From positions 140,430,001 to 140,494,000 of the forward strand of contig OX597815.1 of the NCBI GenBank assembly GCA_951406725.2: DNA of 64,000 nt, read 5' to 3'. Positions 14,201 to 27,826 of this stretch are shown here, piece by piece. Positions within the stretch are counted from its first letter, which is position 1; each line of letters opens with the position of its first letter. Under the pieces are notes generated by a model. It was not told where the DNA came from and made no database searches. It saw only the letters and a program-made list of their open reading frames with translations. The translations under genes were made by a program, and so were the position numbers. The stretch comes from Octopus vulgaris (taxonomy: Eukaryota).

Positions 14201-16899
14201 TCGTATGGTTGCTTCGAACAAAATGATATACAAAAATTTGTTCTTCCTCTTTACGTTCTGTGTTCAAATCCATCCAAGACCACTTAGCTTTTTATCCACC
14301 TGGTGTTGATAAAATAATGAACTTGTCGGTAGCAGCTGACCAGCGGAATTGTTAGGGGTTCAACAAAATGCTTTGCGGTATTTGTTTTTGATCTTTACAT
14401 TCTGAAGGTCGGGTGAGTTGTAGTAAAGTTTTTCAGTACTCACAGACATAATGGTGCCCTGTGAAAATACTGAGAAAAAAGGGCAACGTTAAACTATCGC
14501 TATATTCTCGATAGTGCTATGACAGCGGCGTTAGGCTTGTGGAGGAAAACACTATACGTTAAGCGTTGGCCTGATGTTGGAGGAAGTAAAGAGTATAAAT
14601 TGCATTAACCAGTCTATTCCTCCGCTGTTTTTTTAGTACGGTAAAGTGCACCAAGAGAAAGATCTAACAGTTATTTTTAGCAGATCGAGAGGTAACGAAG
14701 GGGCTATCACGTTGATGTGAGTTCAAGTAGTATCAAATGAAAAACATTGTTAAATATCATGGACAAATTTCTTTTGTAAATACCTTTAGTATCAAATATA
14801 TAATCACTAGATTTTATGAATAATATTTTATATGAAAGCATTTCTGTTCTGACTGAAGTAGATTTATGTTGACCATTTTGAAGTTAAACTGCAATAATTT
14901 CACTATTGGTTAATGTTCAGTGACGAGCCATTTTTACATTCATTAGCTGATTTTCACCATAAAATTCTTGATTAAATTGCTTTGTATATCCGTAAATTTT
15001 CACACTAACGTTAATGAGTTGTCAGCGTAGTAATTAGTGCTTATTTCATAATTGTAAACACATAGTTTGTTCTCCAAAAGTTGCTTTATATTAAATATAC
15101 TGAATTATGATCAGAAAATACACCAGTTGTACCACTTCTTAGTTTGCTCGTTTGTGACCACTCCTCTCGAAAATACCACTTTATTCCAATTCTACCTGTA
15201 TCTTTCGCACATGACACTTCATCTTTTCTATTTTGATGACTATGCCAATCGCAGTCTATTCGCTTTGATTTTATAATCTTTTCTTTCTTGCCCTCGCTCT
15301 TTTCTCAGTTGATTTTCTTACTATGGCTTCCACACCTGTCTCTCTCCACTAATAATAGACTTTTGTAGCTCTTTATCCGCATTTTCTTATGTTCTCACCT
15401 TTCTTCGATATGGTTCACTTACAACTGAAAAAATGTTTTACAAGATTTGTGAAAGTTCATTTTCAGTGAGACTTCTATACGACCCAAGGCAACGCCACAA
15501 TAGGGTGTCAGGTTTCGAGATTTGCTTCAATCTTTGTTAAATGTTTTCACATCTCTTCTACACTGAAAGTGACAGTTGTTATTTTGTTGATGCTATTTTT
15601 TCACTTAACTAGGCTTTCTAGTCTGCGATTGCCACAGGAATTCTTTTCGAGAAATAGATAATAGCAGTAACAGTCTCCTCTAGAACTATCATGAATGTTA
15701 TTTCTTTCACTGATCTCTAATGCTCTTGCTCGAGTATTTGTCCTGCAACTGTCATCAAATTGCTGTCAGCGAATGTTCCATAACAGATCTAACTCATAAC
15801 AAACTATTGCTAGTAAACATGTCAACAAGTTGCTCATCTTACAATATTACCATTCAAGTATATTTTCTGTGTTGTTTCCTTCCAATATTTATTCATTTTC
15901 AATTTTTTTCTTACAAGGTTTCAATAAGATGTCATCAGACCATAACTATAGCTACTCTAGAGCTTTCAGAAAAAGAAGGGAAAACAACCTAATCGCTTTA
16001 TACGTCCCAACTATTATACGTTGTTCTCTCTCTCTCACACACACATTCACACACGCACACACACACATACCCGCACCATTTTCTCCTTACTTCCTTCCTT
16101 TAAAAAGACGGGTTTAATGCAGAATATATTTTTAATGCATTCCACTGACATCCTGTGATATGATTCTTTAACCCAAAATTTGTTTTTCTAAATTTCTCCG
16201 TGAGTCAATAACTTCGCCATATGGATTATATATTTTTAACCTCATTTTATCCGTTTGTCGCCTGTTTATCTTGTTAATCATTTATTTATCCTTGAACCAC
16301 CCTGCTACAGGAACTGAGGCATCATACAATTTCCAGAATATTTATTCATGTGTTGGTTTATTTTTATTTGATATTATGGTTGCCAAACTCGTCCGTTACA
16401 GAACATTGTTAGTTGCAGTGGTTGCGCGTTAAGTAAGGGACACCAATACCTATTTGTCTAACACTTGTACAATAAAGGCGACTGTCCTCATAATGTGTGT
16501 CAGTGACAATAACCGTTTTAAGAACTTTAATAAAATGTTTATAATGTGTCAAGACTATTATCGGATCGAGTGTAAAACGTAACAATTTGCAGATGCATAA
16601 AAAGTCATATTATTGCCAAGGTCGACAATTACGGAGTGCGGTAGCAAGTACGTTTATTTAACTCCGTAATTTTCGACATTTAGATCTGTTGTATCATGTT
16701 AAGATTTTCGTAAATAATACATGTTTTAAAAATACTATTATTTTTTCACATATGTTAATAAGATGGTCCCGTAGTTTGCAACATACACACAACATTTCAC
16801 ATGAGATATGGGGAAATGATTTCTTTTGGAAATATCAGAAGGTATACTCAGTCATACACAAAGAAGGTCAAAATGTAATGGTTACCCCCATACAGTTAA

Positions 16900-17944
16900 A
16901 GTGATATCATTTTATCTTTTAACTCAGTTGACACTGATATAATGGAAATATAGGAAGTATTTAGCATTTGAAATATGACATAAATATCTGAACTGAGAAC
17001 AAAGCGTATTAGATACCGACACTAACATCAAGGAGGCTGACCCACAAGAAAGTTATAAATGCCTGGGGATAAACGAAAGAGATGGTGTTCAACATGCTAC
17101 TATGAAGGAAAAATAAAAAAGGAGTATTACAGGAGAGTAAGACTCATACTAAAAACTGAACTCAAATAAAAAAAAAATCGCATTGAAGCTATTAACACCC
17201 TAGAATTTTCAGTAGTCCAATATAGTTGTAACATCATTAACTGGAATCTTACAGAGCTCCAACGCCTGGACAGGAAGACAAGAAGACAGCTAACGTCTAA
17301 GAACATGCACCACCCAGAAGCAGACGTTTATCGTTGTACTTACATAGAAGTAATGAGAGAATGGGAATGATGCAGATAGAACTGTGCTATAAGACATCCA
17401 TAATAGCAATGAACAAGTACTTATCTAGTACAGAGGACTGGATGCTGTGGATTGTATGCAACATTCTATTGTCAAGGAAGATTGTAAATTCGCAAGGGAA
17501 CTCGCATCAACCCTGAATTAAAACCTGAAACCACTGAAATTAGAACCTGAAACCACTGTCACCAAACAAGCAATTCAAATCAAACAGACTGTAAAAAAGA
17601 ACGGGCAGAAACAAATTGAGGAGCAATGGAGCCAGAAGCCTCTGCATGGTCAGTATATACTTCGAAGCCGAAGTGCTGATATAGACCAAGCAACAACACA
17701 TCAGTGGATGAGAAGTTCAGGACTGAAAGCAGAAACTTAAGGTTTCATATTAGCGGTACAAAATCAAAGCTGGCTTACCAAAAAACTACCAGGTTAACGT
17801 TCTTCAATACGATAATTAACAACTACGTATCAAAACTTAGAATGTGCAGAAAGAGTCTATGTGAGACATCTGACAGCAGGCTTCTGTCCGCTCTCACAGT
17901 ATCTACAAGAACAAATAAGACCAAATGTTCTGAGAAGTAAAACA

Positions 17945-17945
<1 letters not shown>
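16900..17945 (+). mobile_element. Decayed R4/Dong-clade non-LTR retrotransposon fragment ending at (TAA)n
   Basis: Broken frames translate to YKCLGINE, KEYYRRVRLILKTEL, AINTL, LQRLDRKTRRQL, LYLHRSNE, WSQKPLHGQY and WMRSSGLKAET.GFI..QNQ. (TAA)n follows at about 17945-17982. Confidence 0.75.
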
Positions 17946-17987
<42 letters not shown>

Positions 17988-18214
17988 TATAAAGATCTGC
18001 TAATCGAAATCGAAAAGAGGGTTCAAGCACTTGAAAGACAGCTGAAAACTTGTGGATACGTAAGGTTACAGGTAGTAACCCGCTACCGACATAAATCCTA
18101 CCAGGAATAGGACAGAACCGGAGCCAAACTAAAATAATAATAATGACGATGATATTGATAATGATGATAACAATATCGGTTGTAAATTTTGGCACAAGGC
18201 CAGCAATTATTTAT

Positions 18215-18548
18215 ACATATTAAGTAGCACTCTGTCGGTTACGACGACGAGGGTCCTAGCTGATACGATCAACGGAACAGCTTGCTCGTGAAATTAACGT
18301 GCAAGTGGCTGAGCATTCCACAGATACGTGTACCCTTAATGTAGTTCGCAGGGATGTTTAGCGTGACACAAAGTGTGACAAGGCCGGCCCTTTCAAATAC
18401 AAGTACTACTCTTTTTTGCCAGTTGAGTGGACTGGAGTAACGTGAAATAAAGTGTCTTGCTCAAGGACACAATGCGTCGCCGGGAATTGAACACACGACT
18501 TTGCGATCTTGAGCCGAATGCCCAAACTACTAAGCCACATGCCTTCAC
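18215..18548 (-). mobile_element. tRNA-derived SINE family C
   Basis: gaaggcatgtggcttagt...gttcaattcc...tgtgtccttgagcaagacactttatttcacgttactccagtccactca. Confidence 0.8.
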
Positions 18549-18995
18549 ATTTATACATATACATGTATACATACACTTAGTGTATTCCCGAATTACAACA
18601 TTAATCTGTTTTTGCTATCAAAATAAGCGTGTGCAAACACATTATCTTAAACGAATTAAAAGTTATCTGTTTATTTAAATCAAAGCTCAAGATATTGTTA
18701 CTTAAATTCTGAAGAAATCGTTCCACTGCAAGAACTGTAATCACTGAGAAGTAAATGTATTCTGGTGGATCTCTTCTAAGGTGCTGATGGCACAATCGTG
18801 TTTTGGTACACCTGTCCGTATGAAAGATGTATATTCTTACACTGTATTCAGCCTTGCGGATGTTGCCATACCTGTTCAAAGAACATAATTCACACTCCTG
18901 TGCATGTGCATGTGTATATATGTGTGTATAGGTTTTGTATGTATGTTTGTATATATGTTTGTATATATGTGTATATATATATGTGTGTGTGTGTT

Positions 18996-19040
<45 letters not shown>

Positions 19041-19049
19041 TGAATTATT

Positions 19050-19535
19050 GATCTAGTTTCGGCTCACCAGTTGTGGCCATGCTGGGGCACTGCTTTTTGT
19101 TGTTGCTACATAATTGTTACTTCGATAATTCTTTTTAGAACTTGACATTTGATGCACGAGGGAGTTTGACGCCGCTGCTCTAATTTTCCTGTGAAGCTGG
19201 TTCCTCTGGGATTCTTAAAAGATCTAGCGATCTAGTTTTGTTTTGAAGGCATCTATATCCACCCCATGTAGGAATCTTCGGGAGGATATTCAATAGCTGT
19301 GGACCTTTAAAGCCCAGGTTATTGCAATAGCTTGCCCTATATTTTGATGGCAAAGTTGGAGTCTTTGGCACTATGCAGTGGTACTCTGTTCTAGCGTTAG
19401 TATAACTCTCAATGCCAAATGTGGGTCAAGTCCCCTCAGGATCTCCTAGATGTATAATGCAGCATTTCTTCCCCGCATACGCTCCAGGGAATAGAGTCTC
19501 AATCTCTTGAGTCTTTCCCAGTAGCTTATATGATG
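19050..19535 (-). mobile_element. Older copy of the same CR1/L2-type LINE 3' end
   Basis: NNLGFKGPQLLNILPK and IPEEPASQE match the 57 kb copy; the tail is ccagcatggccacaactggtgagccgaaactag. Confidence 0.75.
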
Positions 19536-20599
19536 GGCCCTCCTCTCCAGAACACATTTGTAGCATATGACGAGTATTACAGGCGTGAATTGTTTAAGTT
19601 TTATGTCGATGTCCGGTGAGAAGAGACATTTAGGCTAGTCTTACTTGAGGATCTCGTTCTTAGTTTGTTTCCAGTTTGCCTTATAGAAGTTCAAACTGGA
19701 AAGATATTGAGAGTTTCTTGTAGATTCCTTCCTTTTGGTGGGTACTTTCATGTTGGTGAGGCAGGGTTTTCGGTGTGGAAATCGACAGTTTGCACCTCCC
19801 TCTCCATGTCAGTAGATACCTTTCAAGTAGAACTTACATATTCGTGTGTACTGTCTCTTTTTATCCTTTTTCTTGTAATGCTCAGTCAGATTTACTTCTT
19901 TCTTAGTTTGTTTCATCTTTTGCATCTTTTTTGTTTATTTTGTTGTCTTTTCTTAGCTCTTTCAACTCTACGGTTTTTCACTTTGATGGTGGTAGAGGCA
20001 CTTGCACTTGGGTTTTCTTCCCTGGTAGGTTTCTCGCTTATACCTTCTTTTTTCCTTGAGTTTCTACCAAGTGGCGGAACAGCTTTTGTCTACATCCGTG
20101 CGTCCAAGGTTTAAAATTTACCAAGGTTTAGAATTTTATTGATGTGTTCATCATTTATAGATTGCATGATAACAAAATAACATATATTCCACCATCTTCA
20201 GTTAAAATTTTAAAAGAGAAATCTAAATTTGATCATGAATTCAAACCAATATATCGAACTTACAAACTTTTTATAATCTCAACACTATATACATATATAT
20301 ATATATATATATATGCATGTATGTATATGTGTGTATGTATGTATATATATATGCATGTATACTAATCTCTTTCTTTTTCTCTTTCTCTCTACATGTATAT
20401 ATACATATGTGTGTGTGTGTGTGTGTGTGTGTATGTATATATTCGTACATGCTATACAACATATACATACTTTCATTTATATATATGACTATTAAAGCAG
20501 CGCTTCTGTTCTTTTAATCATTTCAGAGCAATTCATGTGTGACAGAAAAAAAAAATAATATATAAAAAAAAAATATATATATTGCAAAATCAGCACTTT

Positions 20600-21470
20600 C
20601 CATTCCGAATAAATGATAAGATTGTACGTTGTAGTGAAGTTGAGTCAATATTGAAAACTGATTCAGCAATATTTGTGAAATAAATGCTTAAGTTTCTGAA
20701 CTGCTGGTATATCAATAACTGAAGGAGTATTGAAAAAAGCATTTGTAAACAAAATTTCACATCAACGGATGGATGATTTAACAAGTGAGAGATGTAAACG
20801 AATAACGCGCACAAATGCGTTATTGTTGTGGCAAAAAATGTTGAAGATTTTGAAAACTTTATTAGATGACGTGTGGATTAAGACAGAATGGCTACAGTTG
20901 AATATTCTTCTAATACAAATGAAGCATGGTTTATTTTTATGTAATGCCTGAAAATGCTTATTTGTCTAAAAATGAATATATCAGAGAATTTAAATCTTTA
21001 AAAGTGCATGTGACAAGGTTTTTTTGTACTGTCATGAAGGGAGAAAAATCAGAACCTCTAGTAATCGTGAGTAGTAAAAATCCTCGGTGTTTGAAGCATG
21101 CTCTAAGTTTATCGCTTGATTAGTGTTCTAATGAAAATGCGTGAATATACAGCTTGTTTAAAGAACTGATTGTCTAAGTAACATTTGAAATAAAAGCCAA
21201 AAAGAATTTTCTTATTTTACGACTGTATGAACACAAATAATTTCCCATTAAATAACATATTAATATTCTTCCCTTTGAATTAATGCTTCGTAAATGTAAT
21301 CATGTGACCAAGTCTTCATTTGAGGTTTGAAAGTTTATTCTTGAGGAGAAATTTGTTCTAGCATTTAAAATTCGATGATATTCAACGCCAAGTGAGAAAC
21401 GGAAATCCTTTATTGAAGCATTTCATATGTTTGCAATATCATGGAAACAAGTTTCAGAATAGAAAAATTT
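20600..21470 (+). pseudogene. Decayed Tigger/pogo (DDE_1) transposase remnant
   Basis: KVHVTRFFCTVMKGEKSEPLVIVSSKNPRCLK matches the pogo/Tigger motif RVT...C...GEK..PLVIG.SK.PR.F; many stops. Confidence 0.65.
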
Positions 21471-22301
21471 AAATTACTTCAAAATAAACAGTGATAACAT
21501 TCTTGATATAGGATGACGGATGTTTGAAAATTGGTTGACTGTCGATGATATAGTTGCGGTGAGACTATAATGACAGTGTCGAAAACGCGTTTTGTGTGTG
21601 TGTGTTTCTTTGTGTGTGTACTACCTCGCGGTATACGCACACACACTACATACGCACACCCATATAGAGACACATATGCAGTTATAAAGAACTATTAACC
21701 ACATCCACGCAACAGAAAAACGATGAAAGAAAAATACTTTGACATTATATCCCAAAGACACACACATGCACACGCACACACAACAAAACCAATGGCATAT
21801 GATTCCACCCTAATTCTTCGAATATCCATCCTTAAAAAAGAATTAATCACTAAACCATTTTCTCTCAATAGAAAAAGATAAAAGGAAAAATGTTTTTGAC
21901 TATATACTCCAACCACACACACACACACAGACACACACACACGCACGCACGCACACACACACACACAGAGGCACACATACACACAGCTGGCCAAATCATT
22001 GAATTCAAAAGATTTGTTTTCAGTAGAATTCCTTAAACTTGAACTCTTGAACCTCAGCTCAAACCTACATAGACAAAACATATATATGAGAATGACTCTG
22101 AAGCAAAATTTCACTAAGATTTAAAATATAGGTACAAATGCCAAATTTTTTCTTCTCCTTGACTGCCCCCCAAATTATTTCTAATATTATACAATGGATA
22201 CCTCGAAACCAGTTAAATTTTAAATCACTTTCTGTAAGTCAAATATTAAACATTCTCTAGAATATATTTCCGTGTCTTTTCCATATATATATATATGTAT
22301 A

Positions 22302-22376
<75 letters not shown>

Positions 22377-22608
22377 TATATTTTTAGTTCAACATACGTG
22401 AAAAGTATGTTGAACTAATGATATAGACTTGTGTTTACCGTATTTTGTCCACCATTCGCTCTGTATATCATACATAATAATATCATTACCTAAATTACCT
22501 GCGTAATCTGTATACATCATTCAGTCTGCTGGACGGTGATAATCAACCAAAAGCTCAAACCTTAACAGTAGCTGGTATATAACTATTTGTCCACGCAATC
22601 TATCTTTT

Positions 22609-22692
<84 letters not shown>

Positions 22693-22702
22693 TTGTCCGT
22701 CC

Positions 22703-22805
<103 letters not shown>

Positions 22806-23244
22806 CACACACACATTTACATATACATGAATATGTGGCGGTAATGGTCCTCGTGGTATCGTATGTGCTTCTGTTTCAAATGGAGGTTCAGAATACTGAC
22901 GTGTTAAGTCGGCTCTTGCGCTGGGGCTATTCGTATATAAAAATCTATATACGTTATATATAAACAAGAAGTGTTATCAAACGGTTATAATTATCGATAG
23001 GAATTGTTCATAACCCTATTTAGTAGATCCAGAAGTTTGGCTGCTATTGGTAAGTATCACCTTTCTTTGAAGGTTCACTTGAGGAAATCAAAATAGATAT
23101 TGTCTAAAATGATAGACTGGTGTAGGTGGATATTAGACGCAATGAGAGTAGAACGGTTTGCGGACCAGTTGGACAGCCGATTGGTCAATAATTGCTTCTC
23201 TTGTACCTCTTTCACTATTTATATATAAACGATATATGTGACAA

Positions 23245-23560
23245 GTGGATGCGCATGGCTCAGTGGCTAGAGCATCGTGTTTATAATCATGAGTGTTGTA
23301 TTCTTGAGCAAAGCACTTTATTTCACCTCGTTCCGGTTCACTCAGCTGTAGAAAGGAGTTGCAACGTCACTGGTGCCAAGCTGCATCGGCCTTTGCCTTT
23401 CCCTCGGATAATATTGGTGGCATGGAGAAGCGGGAAGAGCTGGTATGCAGGGGCGACTGCTGGTCTTCCATAAACGACTTTGCCTGAACTTGTGCTTTGA
23501 ATGGGAACTTTCTAGGCGCAATCTCATGGTCATTCATGAATGAAGGGGGTCGTTACCCCC
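23245..23560 (+). mobile_element. SINE family C-related copy
   Basis: gcgcatggctcagtgg...ttcttgagcaaagcactttatttcac...cactcagctgta. Confidence 0.7.
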
Positions 23561-24659
23561 TTTATTTCTATTCATGCGAAGAAGCTAACTCAAAATTTGA
23601 AAGTTTCATGAGCTTGAATGACCATATTGGATTCAGCATGGAATGATCCGATGACATTAGATCTATCTGTCTAGCTGAAGTTCAGGAATCTGACATCAAA
23701 ACAAGACAGCTACTTTACATTACTTTACATTACTGCTAAAGCCAGAAACATGAATAACGAACATGCCTACATCCTGGTATGCAGCACTGATGTTTTCAAA
23801 CAGATTATATGTTCCAAATGGAACGAATTTTCCATTGCTAGCAAGTTTCAGCTACTACATATCCGAATAAGAAATCGCTTCAACTCAAAAGCTTGAAAAA
23901 TCGAATAACATGAACGAGAATACCACAGGCAGTTGCCTTTGAATCTATAAATCGTTATAACGTAAATCGCAGATAAAAGAACGTATTCTGAATAAATAAA
24001 AACCATAAAACTTAAACAAAAATACAGTAACAGCTAACAACTCACATCAATTGAATGAATGCCTACGCATAACATAAAAACAACTCATAATACTCTAACC
24101 AAGTAATTTTAACCTAATACTTAGATCGTTGAGCCTAATTTCGGGTTCGAAACCCATTATTTAGGGATTAATTCTAATAGCAAATAAAAAGATTCAACAC
24201 GCCAAGAGTATGTCCAGTGTCTCGAGTGTGTCTTGGAGTCTAGAGAACTTTTGGAGTTTAAAATTTGTTATTGTTGACCTCAGGCGGCCATCTGGAGAAC
24301 ATCTCATCGCTTGGATGCACCTAAATAGAATAAGGTTGCTGTCTTCATCAGCAAAGAGCCGCATTCTAAAAGAATTATCACACTGAAGTACAAAGGAAGC
24401 ACTAACAAAACTACAAATGTTGCATTACAGCATAAAAGTTTCAAAGGAATAAAAAGTATTTTCAGTCTCAGTTAACCCTATATTTAACACCTGTAGTACA
24501 ATGCATTCATTACAGGTTCGGATAGCTAGAAATGCTGTGGGGAACGCCGGGTATTCTGATATATATATATATATATAATTTCAACAATTGAGGGTAAAAT
24601 TAATTAATTATTAATCAATTTCACCAAGTATTCAGTATGTATACTGAATACTGAATTCG

Positions 24660-24704
<45 letters not shown>

Positions 24705-24919
24705 CAATAATAATTCTCTAAATGAGATATAGACAGTAACTGCTCCATAACATAAGGGACTAAAGCCATCTGAATATGGCTAGGGACAGGGCAGGGTGGT
24801 GGGGGTGTTACTGTTGCATTTAGCCCCAGGCGAACATCAACGTCGCCAGATAGGCTTGACACCATCACGGCGTCCTTTATCCTGCAAAGGGAGATAATTC
24901 CCCGATGAAGCGGAAACCA

Positions 24920-24965
24920 CACACGGACCTAGGTTTCAAGGTGTATTGCCTATCATCAACGTGTG
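24920..24965 (-). ncRNA. Type I hammerhead motif, tandem copy 1
   Basis: Reverse complement of 25511-25556 with one loop II substitution. Confidence 0.8.
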
Positions 24966-25280
24966 GTAGGCTCCCGCTTCCTCGACGAACAACTCACTCT
25001 GCAGGATACTTATATATAGATTTTCAAGCAAAATACATTTGCTGATTTCGAAAATCTGTTCGACAGCAATAATAATTCTCTAAATGAGATATAGACAGTA
25101 ACTGCTCCATAACATAAGGGACTAAAGCCATCTGAATATGGCTAGGGACAGGGCAGGGTGGTGGGGGTGTTACTGTTGCATTTAGCCCCAGGCGAACATC
25201 AACGTCGCCAGATAGGCTTGACACCATCACGGCGTCCTTTATCCTGCAAAGGAGATAATTCCCCGATGAAGCGGAAACCA

Positions 25281-25326
25281 CACACGGACCTAGGTTTCAA
25301 GGTGTATTGCCTATCATCAACGTGTG
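25281..25326 (-). ncRNA. Type I hammerhead motif, tandem copy 2
   Basis: Same sequence as 24920-24965. Confidence 0.8.
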
Positions 25327-25510
25327 GTAGGCCCCCGCTTCCCTCGACGAACAACTCACTCTGCAGGATATCCTGCAGAGTCTATATCTCATTTAGAGAA
25401 TTATTATAGCTGTCGAACAGATTTTCGAAATCAGCAAATGTATTTTGCTTGAAAATCTATATATAAATATCCTGCAGAGTGAGTTGTTCGTCGAGGAAGC
25501 GGGGGCCTAC

Positions 25511-25556
25511 CACACGTTGATGATAGGCAATAAACCTTGAAACCTAGGTCCGTGTG
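25511..25556 (+). ncRNA. Type I hammerhead ribozyme motif (U3 variant)
   Basis: CACACG-TTGATGA-TAGGcaataaaCCTT-GAAAC-CTAG-GTC-CGTGTG. Helix I is 6 bp and extends via gaagcgg/ccgcttc; helix III is the palindrome ACCTAGGT; the cleavage triplet is GUC. Confidence 0.8.
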
Positions 25557-25725
25557 TGGTTTCCGCTTCATCGGGGAATTATCTCCCTTTGCAGGATAAA
25601 GGACGCCGTGATGGTGTCAAGCCTATCTGGCGACGTTGATGTTCGCCTGGGGCTAAATGCAACAGTAACACCCCCACCACCCTGCCCTGTCCATAGCCAT
25701 ATTCAGATGGCTTTAGTCCCTTATG

Positions 25726-25763
<38 letters not shown>

Positions 25764-25789
25764 GGGAGAGAGAGAGAGAGAGAGAGAGA

Positions 25790-25992
25790 CCGCGTGTGTA
25801 CCGTTGGCGATTTTTTCCCCTCTGTCTTCCCTTCTCTGGATCTTTCCTCCTCCTATGTTTCCGACGAAGAGCTCCGCTCGAAACGTTAAGCCCTCCTTCT
25901 TTCCTTCTTTCCTGAGTGTCCAATAATACTATATTTGTTCCACGTCCTCGTATTGTTGTGTTTTTTTGTGCTTTCTTGTTTGGATTAACTTT
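25790..25992 (+). mobile_element. Short microsatellite-flanked PLE-end-like insert with a minimal HHR-like motif (25857-25891)
   Basis: GTTT-CCGACGA-A-GAGC-TCC-GCTC-GAAAC-GTT-AAGC, followed by a pyrimidine/T-rich tail and TA repeat. Confidence 0.6.
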
Positions 25993-26009
25993 ATATATAT
26001 ATACATTTT

Positions 26010-26333
26010 TACATGTTTCAGTCATTTGACTGCGGGCATGCTGGAGCACCGCCTTTAGTCGAGCAAATCGACCCCGGGATGTATTTTTTGGAAGCCCAGT
26101 ATTATTCTATCGGTCACTTTTGCCGAACCGCTATTTGACGGGGACATAAACACACCAGCATCGGTTGTCAAGCAATACTAGGCGGACAAACACACACACA
26201 CATAAATAAACATATATACGACGGGCTTCTTTGAGTTTCTGTCTACCAAATCCACTAACAAGGCTTTGGTTGGCCCGAGGCTATAGTAGAAGACTCTTGC
26301 CCAAGGTGCCACGCAGTAGGACTGAACCCGGAA

Positions 26334-26335
<2 letters not shown>
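26010..26335 (-). mobile_element. SINE family B copy
   Basis: Same body and tail as 38770-39182. Confidence 0.8.
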
Positions 26336-26375
<40 letters not shown>

Positions 26376-27006
26376 GTATCTATCTATATCTATATCTATC
26401 CATCTATCTATCTATCTATATTATTATTTCTTTTGTCTTTTATCTATTACTTGTCTCTGTCATTTGACGGCGGGTATACTCGGGGACCGCCTTTAAGAGT
26501 TTTAATCGAACAGATCATCCACCTCAGGATTTTGTTTTTAAACCTGGTACTTATTCTATCATTCATTTTTGCTGAACCGCTAAGTTACAGGGATGCAAAC
26601 AAACCAGCGCCGGTTTTCAAGCGGTGCTGGAGGGACAAATGCAGACACAAGGAAGACACACACACATCTACATACACATACATACACTTACATACACACA
26701 CACACACACACGCCTGTGTGAATACGTTTCTGTGCGTGTGCATTATTACCGAAGTCTACTCTTAGCTTGCTAAAGCTATTACCTCAGTTCATAATATTTG
26801 AAGACACAGGACATAACGTTTATGTAGAGTCATTCCTTGGGAAATATGCACTTTTTAAGCGGACACTAGCTGTTACGCAAATTTCTGACTCCCATAGGAA
26901 TGCATCTCAGGACTTTAGTTAACATCATTGATGCTGTGAAAGCAATAGTCGTCATGATTACAGTACAAGAAAAATATACACTCTTTTAAATATGTCTATA
27001 TTCTCG

Positions 27007-27085
<79 letters not shown>

Positions 27086-27149
27086 CCTATCTGTCTGTCT
27101 ATGTATGTATGCATGTATGTATGTATGTATGTATGTATGTATCTATCTG

Positions 27150-27202
<53 letters not shown>

Positions 27203-27263
27203 ATGTATATATGTATATATGTATGCATACATACCTATATATACTTTTATATATATATACACC

Positions 27264-27295
<32 letters not shown>

Positions 27296-27737
27296 GATAC
27301 CTATATATATATATACATACATACCTACATATATATATGTGTATGTGCGTGCGTGTGTATGTGTATGTATAAGGAAAAAAATCTGAAAATGCAGGATTCT
27401 TTTTATGTATTAACTTCACTGGTTTCATATATTTCAAAAGATTTTCAAATGTAAAACATGAGGCTTTGTGTATCCTCTGTGGTGAGTCGAAAAATAGTTT
27501 ACATAAAAACATTCTGATCAGGTAAAAAAAACTAATTTCACAACAATAAGAAGGTGAAAATTAGTTTACATAAATATATCTGAATCAAGTAATAGCGTTT
27601 TTGACAAGAAAATAAAACCTGTCTGGTTTGTCAATCAGTGGGTGGTAAGGTTTTATTCTCACTTTGAACAGAAACCATAATTGTTTGCAACATCTTAAAT
27701 TGAAAAAGCGGTGAGTATATATATAATTATATACATA

Positions 27738-27826
<89 letters not shown>

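Larger units (their letters stand above)
24703..25727 (-). mobile_element. Non-coding retrozyme-like or PLE-pLTR-like element: 362-nt unit, about 1.85 tandem copies plus one inverted copy, between (TA)n tracts
   Basis: agcaataataattctc occurs at 24703 and 25065 (period 362). 25380-25727 is the reverse complement of a permuted unit. Each copy carries an HHR. Confidence 0.85.

Noticed and set aside
24902-24937. Opposite-polarity HHR-like string CCGATGA-AGCG-GAAAC on the plus strand of the 362-nt unit
   Set aside because: No helix II can form. It is the complement of the extended helix I of the real motif, so an ambisense ribozyme pair is not supported.
24632-25889. Repeated ORF MWFPLHRG...VMVSSLSGDVDVRLG in three copies
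   Set aside because: It follows from the 362-nt repeat. An indel changes the N-terminus between copies and I see no recognisable domain.
27415-27452. Minus-strand TTGAAAA...GAAACCAGTG HHR-like remnant
   Set aside because: The GUG triplet is non-cleavable and helix II is weak; too degenerate to call.
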